From Amoebophrya sp. A120 (taxonomy: Eukaryota > Protista > Dinoflagellata), in NCBI GenBank assembly GCA_905178155.1, contig CAJINV010000013.1:3220158-3284157 (forward strand): a stretch of DNA of 64,000 nucleotides, written 5' to 3'. The notes under the pieces are model-generated. The model saw only the letters and a list, made by a program, of their open reading frames with translations. It was not told where the DNA came from and ran no database searches. The translations under genes were made by a program, and so were the position numbers. Below, piece after piece: positions 39,601 to 52,300 of the stretch (position 1 is its first letter; the number at the start of each line of letters is the position of its first letter).

Positions 39601-42302
39601 GCCGGATCTACAGCTTCAGGTCCTGTTGCTTCATCTCCGGTTGTAACTACTCCAGCCGCATCTCCCGCAGCTGCACCTTCTTCAGGCGGTAGTTGCCCGC
39701 ACCATCACGGCGGGGGTTGCTGCCCAGGGTATGGGCATCCGACCCCGGCGGCCGGATCTACAGCTTCAGGTCCTGTTGCTTCATCTCCGGTTGTAACTAC
39801 TCCAGCCGCATCTACCGCAGCTGCACCTTCTGGCGGTTGCCCGCACCAGCATTCCGGGGGTTGCTGCCCGGGGCATCCGCATCAGACACCGGCAGCAGCA
39901 GCCACACCTGCCGCAGGAACAACGACGCCAGTTACTGCATCTCCTGCTGCACCATCTTCGGGTGGTTGTCCGCATGGCGGCTCCTGTTGCCATCATTCGC
40001 ATTCCCCCGCCGCCGCACCGGCGGCCGCGCCAGCAGCGGGGACAGGCGGCGCGTGCCCGCACGGCGGAGCGTGTGGTGGCCACCATCACGGGCCAGCAAC
40101 TACCCCCGCCGCAGGAGCAGGCGGTGCGTGCCCGCACGGCGGAGCGTGTGGCGGCCATACTCCCGCCACGGGAGCAGGCGGTGCGTGCCCGCACGGCGGA
40201 GCGTGTGGCGGCCACCATCACCACCCGCACACCGGAATGAACAACGCGCCACTTCAAATCGCTCCCCCAAAGGCCTTTGCCAGAGGATCAATCGGCGGCC
40301 CGAGAGCTGGACTCGTCAGAAATAATGGCCCACAACTGGTGCCTGCGCTGCAGAACATCATGAACTCAATTCAGCCCCAGCAGCCCCAGAATATTAACCG
40401 CCATGGTCCTCAACATCATGCGCACAATCACGGCAACCACAATCCACCACAACTACCAGCAGGCCTCTCCTGGAACGCCGAGCCGGAACCGCACAACACC
40501 TTGAGTTTTGTGGACACGCGGATTCCCGTGACGATTCTGACCGGGCCCTTGGGCGCGGGCAAGACCACCATTCTGAAGAACACGATCTTGAAGGGCGGCA
40601 TGGGCCCGATCTTCGTTTTGGAAAACGACGTGGGTGCGGGGAACATCGACGCGGATCTCCTCGGACAGAACGCCGGGTGGCAGGTGAAGGGCGTCGCCGG
40701 CGGGTGTGCGTGCTGCACCAAGTCGGGCGATTTGAAGCAGGCTTTGCACAGTTTGCTGGAGTCGGAAAACCAGAACTTCGTCGCCGTCGTCATCGAATTG
40801 AGCGGCGTCGCGGACCCGAAACCGATCATGGACTTGTTCGAGGAAGACTCCTTGCTCAGTTTAAGGTACTGTAGTATGGATTTAGCCGAAAATTTAGAGT
40901 CACATCCATCTTTACTCTAGAGGCACGGTCTATGTAGATGAAGTCTTGCGCTTTGCACATGCACCAACAAATTTGCAGAAAAAACTTTGCACTCCTACAG
41001 GAATTTTGATAAACATTGGAGTAGATTCGGTTCTTGAAGCTCCGATCTGAATAAAGATAAACTTAAGAAGGGCAACTCATGTACTTACTTTCTCAGGTTG
41101 AAGTTGGACGCGGTGCTTTGTGTCGCGGACTCCCGCGTGCTTCTCGAGCAGATTAAGGGCAAAAAGACGGTTAGAAAGAACGAGCTGTCCGTTGTCGCGC
41201 AAAGCCTTCTCAACGACGAGGCGCCGGAATTGTGGGAGGACGGACTCGACGCCACGGGCGAGAACCAGATCAAGCACGCCAACCGGTTGTTTTTGAACAA
41301 ATTGGGGGAATACGCGGGGGTGGGGAAGATGGAAGAGGAGGACTTGAAGACGCTGAGAAAACACTTGCAAGACACGCTGAAAAAACCCGCGGAAAGTCTC
41401 ATGGAAATCCACAACAGCAAGGCGCTCGTGCCGCTGAATCAGGTATTATACATAGTTAGAGGATAGCACTCAACCAAATTTGTCTTTTTTGCAGCATTTC
41501 AAAAAGGAAAAATCATAGTTTGAATCTACGTGGAGGAGAATCTTCAAAGTAGAGAATCGGAACTTCCACTTTCAAATTTTCAACACAGATCCTCGACACC
41601 GACCTGTACGGGATTGAAAAGTGGCAGAAAGCTCTCCAGGCGTCCATCGCGCGCCCGCCCTGCGGCAACGGCAATTGCCCGCACAGTAATATCAACGCGA
41701 ACAACGGAGCGGCAGCAGGAGGTGGTGGTGGGTGCTGCGGAAACCACAACCACGGACACCACCACCACTCCCACGGAGGTGGTGGAGGTGGCGGTGGCTG
41801 CTGTGGCGGTCACGATCATGATGATGATGATGATGATGATCACAGCCACACAACGCACGGGGGACATAACCACCACCACCACCATCACCACCACCCTGGT
41901 GGCCATCATCACCACCACCACGGTGACATGGCGCACAAGCACCCGGCCCTGACGGTCGTCCCAGTCACCATCCCGCTCGCCGACGCCGAGAATCAATTGC
42001 CCTTAGTGGAGAAATTCGAGAAATTAGAGCAGTTTATCCAAAACGAGAAGTCCGTGCTGAAAGAGCTCGGGCGCCACGGTTTGCTGCAGCGAATGAAGGG
42101 GTTTGTGCGCACAAGGGATAACAAACTGTATTTGATTCAGGGGCGACGGGAGAACTACGAAATCACCGAATACGACATGAAAAAGCTGCCAAAAAGGCAG
42201 GACGGCTCGGAGATTGACGCGGTGAAGTTGGTCTTTATCGGGAAATACCTGGACAAACAAAGAATCCAAGAATGGGTGGAGAGAGAATGGACGAAAATGT
42301 AG
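36697..42302 (+). CDS. COG0523/CobW (ZNG1-like) G3E GTPase metallochaperone with N-terminal signal anchor and >1100-aa His/Cys-rich extension (exons 36697-36817, 37022-40865, 41097-41442, 41589-42302)
   Basis: LTGPLGAGKTT, ENDVG, GGCACC, IELSGVADP, NKLG, poly-His/Asp linker, CobW_C-like RMKGFV...LVFIG; three phase-compatible GT-AG introns. Confidence 0.88.
39352..39830 (+). repeat. Coding tandem repeat, 150-bp unit x3 plus a partial copy (PAASPAAAPSSGGSCPHHHGGGCCPGYGHP...)
   Basis: Apparently identical units start at 39352, 39502, 39652 and (partial) 39802. Confidence 0.95.
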
Positions 42303-45300
42303 GAGTTCTCGCACATGGACAAATCTTGGGTCGAGGGGGAAGAAGAAATCCTTGCACATATTAAAGCAGTATTTTTTTAAGCGGCGATCGAAGCTAATTA
42401 CATCCGTAAACAAAATTAAAGGCGACCCTGATTGAGTATCTGAGATAAGCCTTTGCTTTTGGTTTCTCCTGTATAGTTCTATACAGGGGGCACCGAAGAC
42501 AACCAAATTAGCTTCGCCTCTCACCGAGCGACTGCTATACAAGAAAAGTGCAGCGACGAAAAATGTCCAAACAAGAACTGAACTGACGGAAGATTTTGGA
42601 AGCTTTTTTTTCGGCTCGAAAGGCATCCACCCATTTTTCGTCTCGAAACGAATAAGTACGAAACTGCCAGGACATTATAAACACGACGACGCCCAGCATT
42701 ATAGCGACCCACCTTTGTAGGTGAAATGGACCAATGAGTCACCTTTGCAAGCACTAGCTCTTGCTCTACAGCTTGCAATGCAGCTACATATCTACTTACT
42801 TTCTCTTTCTGAGACTACAGACAAAACCCATGAAAAATAGCTACTTCTCTGTCATGGTGTTTACATTCTGCTGCTTATTTTTTTTTCGATTATGCTACTT
42901 CTGATTTTGCTTGCTACTTTATTTTACTATCGAATATGCTACTGAAAATCAATGAAATACGTATGGAGACACGGAGCTCCTCATGCGAAAATGCGTTAGG
43001 TCGTGAATTCCGTATTCGACGACTTATCTGAAGATGAGGCAGGTTGAGACTTGAGAACGTTTTTGCACGCTATTCAACACCCCGCGGGGTCTGCGCTCTC
43101 AGTCTCTCAAATTATTTTTTTTCGAGTGGTAGTAACTGTGAGTGGTTCAGAAGTATTTGCTTCCGACTTACCTTCTGCTGTATTGATCTTTTCGTAAAAT
43201 TCATACTGGCAGGAGGTGATGTTGAAAGCATATACTTACAATGCGCTAGTATTATATTGGTGATGCTGATGACGTAGTTATTATTGACAAAACTAACGGT
43301 AACGTGGAGAGAAAGATAAAGAAGGAGTCGGCGATCCTTCTGTTCTGTCATTGAGTGGCCCATGCTGTCTGTATATTTACTACCCTTTTTCCTTGAAATA
43401 ACGCTACCAATGCCTCAGTTCTATGACATTTACCAACCGGTGTAAATGTTCTTTTTCTTGAAGAAGTCCTAGCCGCACACAGATGCGAAACGGAGCTTTT
43501 TGGACGATGTCCGCGCGATCCTGACAACATCGAGTTTAAAGGCTTGAGAAAAAAAGCCTGGTCGAGGCAGAAGTACTAGTAGGGAACTCTGGACAGGTCC
43601 GCCATTGCCTTGCACCAGTGCAAACTGCGCTCTATGAGACCACGACAGAATATGAACATTTTCAAGACTTGCCAGAGACAGCCGAGATGAGATAGAGATA
43701 ACATTGATGGAGAGAGAGAAGAACACATAGAGATTCCGGACGATACACTGCACATATTTGAGAAAAACCAGAATAATGGAGAGAGAAGAAATGAATACAG
43801 ACATATGCACCAAGATGCACGAAACTGGATGAGCGAGCCGAACCAAGATTAACGAAGCGCGACACAACTCAGCGGAGAGACACCAGACACGCAACCCAGA
43901 GACAGCACAACTGAGCAGGAGGAAGCTGTCAGCTTTTTCACGATGGTGAGGACCATGATGATCCTGCGTATGGGAAACTTCTTCCCTGATCGACGCGGGC
44001 CTTCCAATATCGTCCGAAAATTATAGGACTTGTGCTAAGAACGCAGTTACGAAATACAAGGTAACTATGCTGCTTTAGTGTACAAACACAATTTTTATGT
44101 AGGACAAGTATGTAGTTGGACGCACAACAACGCTGGTTTACCTGTTTTATCGCTCCTCTCAGTAGAGCGACGGAACGACCAAGGAGGAAGTAAAGTGTAA
44201 GATGCTTTCATATTCTTCGAATGAATTTTGAAGACATGTGGTGTTTCTGTTTTCCATACTTGAACTTGACGTCGACTTTTGACGACATTTCTATGCCGGA
44301 GTATGATTAGGTGCATGTGGATGTTGTGGGGGGTGCGCCTGGAGCTTTTGGCTTCAATCCACCAATCAGCACACTAGAAAATCTTAGCTGTCGAGCTTAG
44401 TCCCACCTGATATGCGTATGTAGTAAGCCGTACAGCATGTTTCCGCTTCCCTCCAAAGAAAACCGACGACTCTGAACTAATCGAACCCATTTATCATTAT
44501 CGCGGACGTCGAATCATGACCGACACTGCAACGATGACAAGCTTTTCTGCCAAAGTAACAATACGCTTACGCATATTACGCATTAGAAGATGCTGCTCCA
44601 AAGAAATGCACGACTAGCCACTTGCTTCTTTTGATCCTGTTGCCGTCTTCCTGTACTAGTTGTACTTCTGGTCTGCATGTAAACAATTTGTTAAATTATT
44701 TGTGATCTTACTTCTGATCATATTTACCCGCTAGCGAAAAGCAAAGGCACCGCACGCACAGCTGTTCGTCGAGAAACTAGTTCGACAGATCATTGTTCAT
44801 CTTTTCAGCCGCGCAACTATTACACATAGGACCACATCAAGGAAAGAGACAACGAACTGCATGGAGCCGGAAGCTAAAGTCGATTGTATGAAACGAAAAG
44901 GCCACACACCTGCTCCCACGAGAACTGCGGCGTCTCGCTTGATGACTGACTGCCCTCGCATAGCTCAGCAACGCTACCTGTGTCTTGTTCGCAGCGCTAC
45001 CGCTAGTACAAGTTCTCGGTCCATCTTTATCTCGTTCGAATCCAATGACTCGTTAACTGTCCTCGCACTAGCTCGGCTTCGAAAGGTTGTTCTTTACTTT
45101 GAATTTTTGAAGACTTTCGTTGTTACTTGTTAGCTGAGGTACGTATGGAATAAGGTGCATCTTCAACGAACGCTGTCTATCAGGGATGGTTCGGAAAAGA
45201 ATAGAAAAAGAGGGTCGCTCCTTCGTCTAAAAACTCGTAGACTAGTTGGATCGTTGCCCGATATTAGCATTCGAGAGAGAGACATTGACACCGGTTCGTC

Positions 45301-46369
45301 TGTACCTGCTGAGCAGAGCGAGGGAACTAGTTGCTTCAACGAGGATGAGAGGAAAGAGTCGAGAGTTAGGAAGCGACGAGTATGTCGATGCCAATATCGT
45401 TTACTTCCCGGGACTGCTACTGTTAGATTCCTGCTGAGCAACATCGCTCAGGATGTGCAAACTTTGGATCGTCATTTTCGTTCGCGATACAACGTTATCT
45501 ACCTTCGCAGGACTCCATTGCACTGAATGCATGCTATCTGTATGACGAGAATGAGCTATCATAACAAGCACCAGTTTCGCTTTCGGTGCCTAGTGTTGCT
45601 GTTGCACTTTCGAAATACCGCGATTTTCAGTTCCAGGACGACTCATATCTTCTCTGGCATTAGTCATCCTTAGTGTTGAGCTTTATTTATTCGGGCGCTG
45701 TTTTTTTCAAGAGACTAAAGATTAATTTTGATGTTACCGTTATTTTGGTCGTCGCGCAATTTGTTATTTCATTCCAGTTCTTCATCGGTCGTAGCGATAT
45801 TCACATTTGGAGAGCATCGATCGCTCGACGGTGCCTCGCCGCACATCGTTCTTATGTCCGGTGAAGGGTCGTGCACGGCTTCTCCCCGCGTGGATCTTCT
45901 TCAGTGAGACCTGCTCTTCGTACACTAAGTGTGAAATTACCGCCGGCCGCTTTCCAAGAGGGGCAGTTCCTGCCGAACAAGAAAAACGAAAACCTGGCAG
46001 AGAAGAGCTGGCTTTCGGATGCAGTGGAACATGCTAAGCATTGAGAAGTAGAGCAGCTTCCTGGCCGCGCCACGGACACAGCGTGGTTGTGCAAATTGAT
46101 CATGTCAACACGCTGCGGAAGAACGGTTTTTTTTGAAACCCAACTTCTCTGATGAGAGAGACGAAACCGAGGAACACGAACATGGACCCAACTTCTACCG
46201 TGCTTGACGATGCAAGGCTTCAACATCTTCCGCAAAGAAAGCTTGACAATATCGCTAAGTGGCGAGGACCAGTCCTGCGATACATCACCCGGTGAAAATA
46301 GAACACCCCGAAGAAATCAAGAAAGCTGGAACAACTACCACAGCATCTTCAGCAAGAAATATTAGCGCC

Positions 46370-49300
46370 ATGAAGGCCATCGAGCCTGATCCACCCGGCA
46401 GCATGCAGCTAGCCACACTACAACCAGGCTCGCAGCCTGGTGTAGTCCAGGGTGTGGTGGCCAAGCCGAAAAAATCCAAGCTCGCGACTTTGCAGAGCGC
46501 CACGTCGATCAAAGAGATAACCGACCTGATTATGGTACCGGAATGCGGACCGCAAGAGATAGCGCTGCTGAAGGTGGTGTGCTTCGGGCTGATACTGTAC
46601 CTCGCCTGTCTGATCCCGGTCATCATCATGTCCTGCGTGACCACGAAGACCTGCGACGTGGGGGACGTGCTGGGCCCGACGGATTACTGCAAAGAGTATG
46701 GGCCGGGGGAGAACCCCATACTCACCGGCGGGGACATCTGCACCGTTGTTTGCGGTAAAATAAGTAGGAAACTTTGATGAAGATAGAGATACTGATAGGT
46801 TGAGCAGTGATCTACTTAAACTTCAATTTTGATTTTACATTGCAATATTATGCAGTCGATGTTTATTGTTATTGAGACGTTCTGTTTTTTTTCACTCAGA
46901 TAAAAAACGAAAACCCAACAAAAGAAATAGAATCTTGTAATTGTTCCAACGCACCATGACTACAGGCGGCAAGGAGGCAAATCGGCGGTACTACGAGCCG
47001 GTGCTCGAGTGCAGCGACGGCAACCTGGAGGACGCCGACACGGGCACGGCGGTGGCTTCCGTGTGTGCGATGCTGCCGCTTTCGCTGACGGAACTGTCGG
47101 AGGACGAGGCGATGGCAGCGTTTGCGGAGGCAAACAAGCCGGGGAACGTGCTTTTGACCGGGAAGTGCGTGGGCGCCACCGAACGGGAGATCCCCAACAT
47201 TAACGCCGTATGGGATTCTCAAACGTTACATTCTCAACTGTTACATGATTTGTCATGCAAAACTACCATCGTAATCCATTAACGCTGGACCGCACGGCCC
47301 AGAAATGATTTCAAAACAATTTCAAACTACTTTCAAACTGTGGGGCTTTTCAAAAATCAAAGCTCCAATGGCGCGGCCTGCGTGCTAGAAGGCGCTGCGG
47401 TTTGGTCTTGATGTTTCGGCGCATTTGCTTCTTTTTCGCCCAGTTCAGACCGCTGCGGGCTGAATCCAGCGGAGGAGCTAGTGCGCCACTGTGTGCGTTG
47501 GGTCGCGCCGAAGTGCGTGGCAATATACTTGGGCCGAAATACGGCTCTCGTCGTTGGCCAACTCTACATTGCCCGCGGGTCGTAACTCCGATCCGAACGG
47601 CCACAGGATAGACTCGCAGCGTCCATGTGACGCTGGGTTTCTCGGCTTCGTTAGGTGGGCGCCTGCGAGCACCGCAGTCTGTTGCATGGGTTCCTCCCCT
47701 GCCCCTTTTTTCGTCGCAAGGCAAGCCAAAAAGCGCCCTGCGACCGTCAGAAGCAGACGTTGCGCCCGGAGGGCAGCATCGCCGAGGGAAGCAAGCGCGG
47801 CGGGCTTCGGGATGGGCTCTGAAGAACCAGCGCGCGGGCGACTTGCCGGGGAAAATTCCTCGTCTTGGTGTTGCAGTGGTCCGCGCGCCTGCTCGTAGGT
47901 CGCGAGGCTACCTGAGACGGACGGGAAGAGGACGCAGACGGGGCCGCGGCGGGGATAGTCTCCCTCGCGGCTCTGCGCTACGTAGTCAACGTCGCGCCGT
48001 GAAGGCGAAGGGCCGCCTGGAGCATGCGGCATCCTTCCTGCAGCGCGTGGCCGCTCTTCGGAGCAAATTTGCGACGCCCGACAGGACAAGGAGGAAAGCC
48101 GGAGGGGGTGGGCCCCTGGTTCAGTAAACTCCATCGGGCGGCGACACCCGCTGGGCAAAGAAAGAAAAATAGGGCTTGGGCACATTCCAAATAATATCAT
48201 CAAGGCATTTCAAAACGCCATCAGAATTCTGTCAGAATTCCGTTCCCCGATGGGTAGCTTGGTTCTGACGGAATTCTGACGGAATCTGACGGAATTCTGA
48301 CGGCATTTTGAATATCGTCTTGATGACGTTTTGAAATTGGCCAAAATGCTTGATGACGTTTTGAAATTGCGCAGGAGGCTTGATGGGATTTTGAAAGCGA
48401 GCGAGATGGCCGATGGCGTTTTGAAATCAGCGAAGGGCATTGATGGGCTTCGGAATTTCCGAAGGGCAGCCGTCGGCAATTCGGTGGGGCCTCGCGTACC
48501 GGTGTGCGAAGCGGTCCATCGGGCAGGGGCGTGCAGCTCTTCGCCCGTGTCGATGCCGATTGCCGCGAAGCCCCGCAGCCCACTGATTGCCAACGAGCCG
48601 CGCCGCCGGGCCCTTGGCGCAGGCACTACCTGCCGGCGCCGGTATTCTTGGGAGAGGTGCCGCGCCTGCCCGATTCGTATCGCCCGTGCCGATCGGGGGT
48701 GGGCGTGGGCGCCCCGTGTCTTGCTGCCCATGGCGCAGTGTCTATGCCTGTATGGGGTTGCCAAACCGGGGCGGCAGCCAGGCGCCCGGCGCCCATTATT
48801 TGATTGTGGCGCCCCTGCGTGCGGCAGGTTTGCTCCGCCAGTGTAAATCGCTCGGGCCCATCGCGTACTGTCACATGTTGCAAAGGCCGGCGCCGCTCCG
48901 GGTGTGGGGCTCCGTGTGGAAAGGCCACACCAGACGCGCGGGCCCCGACATTCATGGCCGCGGGCGGCCCGTCGTTAGGCCCGCCAGCTCTTTGGCGGGC
49001 TTTTGGCATTCCCGTTGCAGTCAAGTTTGTGGGGCTGTATGCAATGAAAAATCGCACACCGCGGAGGCCCGCGGGGTTGCCACAGCATGAAAATGCTGGA
49101 ATTTTGAAATTGCTTTGAAATTGGTTTGAATTAGAATTACAGCCCGCGCAGTCTAGAGTTAAAATCCACAAGATCAAGCTGCTTCGCATGACAAATTTGC
49201 GAAGGGCTAAAGAGCACCTAAATCTGCGCGGGATTTGTAATGCAATTTCTGCAATTTTCCCCCTTTCACTGTTGCGGTTCTTGCATTACAAATTCATGTA

Positions 49301-52300
49301 ACAATTGAGAATGTAACGTTTGAGAACGCCATACGCCGCCCAACCGTGTTTGGAGGGCAAGTTCATTTCCCCAGTATCAAATGTAAAAATGTCTGGGTCT
49401 GGAAGAATGCGAGATTTATCATGCACGTTTTGCATGAGCCATGATGTCTGTGATGCATACCCTAGCAATACAGATTTTTTGCAGGCTTCTTGATGCCTAT
49501 TCCGCATGACAAATGCCTTCTCAGCGTAGGAATGCAAAAATGTCTAGGTCTGGAAAGTTGTGATGCTGGGTGGCGTATCACGAAGAGGCCACAGGTGCTG
49601 GCTCAGCATGACAATTTTCTGAGCTTCTAGGTGTTGCCTATTCTGCATGACAAACTGCGTTTCTGCATCGCGCTGTGTTCAGATTAGCTTTTAGCTTGCT
49701 GCTTTAGATCACCTTCCGTTTTCTCTTTTTTCATCGACACAGATGCAGGTTGAAGATCGATTTGTATGACGGCAGGAGCTTCAAGTAGAAGATCACTAGG
49801 GTTTACTCATCGGGGAGATAACCTCGTACAAAATCGGCACCCTTTTTTTTACTTTCTTTTACCACTTTCCTAGCGCTATAAGCTCCTGCCGGGGTCTGGT
49901 CGAGAAGGCAGACCGAGATCAGCGGATCCGTTTCTTTTTGTTCCTCCAGTGTGGAGCGGCAGCACCATCGTGGTGCTTTTTTTCCCCGCGACGCGATCGC
50001 TGGATCCTAGTAGCGCTAGACCCCTTTTCGCAGGCGCTCCTAAAGTGAGCCTTTTGCCGGTGCTGGCGCACTAAAAAAGAACCTCGAGACGGGGAAAAGC
50101 AGAAGCACGAAAGAGAAGACGGAGGCGGGGCACAGAAGAAAAGGGGAGTGGGGCATTAGGGAAAAAGAAGAGAAAAAAAGACGAGCGGGGGGGAAGGACT
50201 AAAGAACAAAAAAAAGAGCTGCAACTGTCTGGGAGTTTGCATGTCGAAGTCGTTCGGACTAGGTTTATTACCAAAGTGGCGCCAGGGATGCTAATTTAAA
50301 GACTGCGCTAAGGCAGCGCCCCCCTTCCCCAAGGGGTCCCCCCGGGGCGGGCGCGGTGGCGGCTCTGCAAGCGCGGAGCTCCGCGGGCCGATTCTCTGAA
50401 AACGCATACAAAAGGGTGCGGGAAGCAGATCGGTAAGAAGTGTTTGAAAGGGGCACGCCGTTGGGTCGTCCGCCATCGTGATAGGATCGCCGTGTCTGAT
50501 CATTGGACCCCCTGTATATTTTTTAGCGCGCAACCGGTCACAGAAGTAAGTCTTTGAGCAAGTTTGTAAGACTAACCCATCAAGGCAATACTGGAGCTCC
50601 ACCTTGCTCGCGGGCTTGGATGGTAAGGCAGGTCAGCCACACATAGCGCCCACTGGTTGTAGCCATGCGTAAGCAATCGATAGCGGTTTTGCAGGTGCAG
50701 CCGGGTGGTAGTTAGGAAGTGGGCCGCGTCTCCACCTAGGGGTATCGGCAGAGGCTAAATCTGTTCTAACGCCCAGGTATTGGCAGAGGCTAAATCTGTT
50801 CCAACGCCCACCCGCCAGGAGTTAAATGGTACTACTACTACTACTACCAGCGTAGCAAAAATTGCATTCCCTACTTTGGTACTCATGCAATACAGATTTT
50901 TTTGGAATCCAAATGCAGCATCACAAGTTCCATTCTTCCAGACCCAGACATTTTTACATTTGATACCCGGGGAAAAAGTGCAACGTGAACTGCAAGTCGG
51001 GGTACTTTCCCACCGTGGAATCGCAGGAGTGCCGCCGCCCGGAAATGCTGCTACAGCCGGTGCACACCACCATCCAGTGCCTCGTCCAGTCGGAGCTCAA
51101 CGCCTGGCGCGCGGAGATGCGCGCCCGCCCCTGCTTCCGCGACCAGCACTGCAACGGGAAGGGCGTGGCCATCCGGAACCAGGTGACTCTGGAGTGCAAC
51201 TGCGCCTGCGAGCCGCCCTTCGTGGGGCTGACCTGCGAACACGAGGTGCGGGAGTGCCTGCTGCCCGAGATCGAGAACGCGGGCAAGCCGCCCTGCCAGG
51301 AGGGCTGGACCACCTACGTCCGCGGGCCCACCTGCACCGTCGTGTGCGCGCAGGACTACTTTCCCGCCATCCCGGTGCTGCGGTGCACGGGGTCCAACCT
51401 GGTCCCGGCCACCGGCGAGTGCCGCGGGGGCCCCATGCCCCCGACGGTCTGCGTCGTGGCCACCTTGTCGCTCTCCGGCCTGTACGTGTTCTTCGTCGTG
51501 GTCGTGTACGGCCTGTACTTTTGGCGCAACTGGCGCGTGAAGCGGGACCTGACCAAGATTTACGCCGGCGACCCGAAGTGCACCATGGTCGCGGAGGAAA
51601 ACCACTTTTCCGGGGGGCAGACCAACGTGCTGAAGCCGTCGCAGACCGCGAAGCAGTACCAAAAGTCGAAGCGGGAACGGATGCCCATCCACCGGACCAA
51701 CGAGTTTGGGGAAGTGGAGGTGGGCGGCGCGGAGAAGCTGGACTACGGCTCCAAGTCGGAGGAGCAGACGCGGCGGGAACTGCACAAGTTGTCCGAGTTG
51801 GCGGACTTGTCCCGGCAGAACGCGCTGCAGAAGGACATTCCGTTGGTGGAATCCGCCTACATGTCGGCGTACGAGGGCTTTCTGGTGGAGGAGAACTACG
51901 AATCCGCAAGTAAGCTGGTGCGGGAGGGGTACCTTTTAGAAGCTATACATTGCAAAAATGTCCGTGTCTGGAAGGTTGCTCCTGAGGTTTGTGATGCTGT
52001 GTCTGCTTGACACGGAAGGTGTGCCATGCAAGGCCTAGCATCACAGGTTTTGAGACGGTTTCCCAATGCTAAATCCGCATGACAAAAACCTTCGTTCGGC
52101 GACAGGAAAAGGAGCGCCTTTTGCTGTCTAAGCATGACAGATTTTTGTGTGATCCAAGTATGCAGCACAAGTTCGCATCCTTCCAGACCCAGACATTTTT
52201 GCATTTGATAGAAGCAGAGTTAGACCAACTGGAAGAGGAGCGTCTCGTGGACGACGTCTTGCGGGAGAAAGAAAAACAAGCAGCGTTGGAGTTTGACGCG

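Larger units (their letters stand above)
47209..49333. mobile_element. TIR introner (TATGGGATTCTCAAACGTTACATTCTCAA...), TSD CGCCG, expanded to 2125 bp by a nested element
   Basis: ~45-bp TIR pair; CGCCG at 47204-47208 and 49334-49338. Removal gives PNINA|AQPCLEG. Confidence 0.92.

Noticed and set aside
42303-46250. 4-kb stretch scanned by eye for RNA genes, TIR pairs and exons
   Set aside because: No tRNA, rRNA, repeat or credible ORF recognised; a covariance-model search would be needed to exclude ncRNA.
48320-48460. 30-bp periodic repeats resembling a CRISPR array
   Set aside because: Variable parts are only ~11 bp, the units are degenerate, there are no cas genes, and the context is a eukaryotic TE.
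49835-50070. Possible structured RNA or foldback inside the nested insert
   Set aside because: Complementarity is short and patchy; cannot be supported without folding and family alignment.
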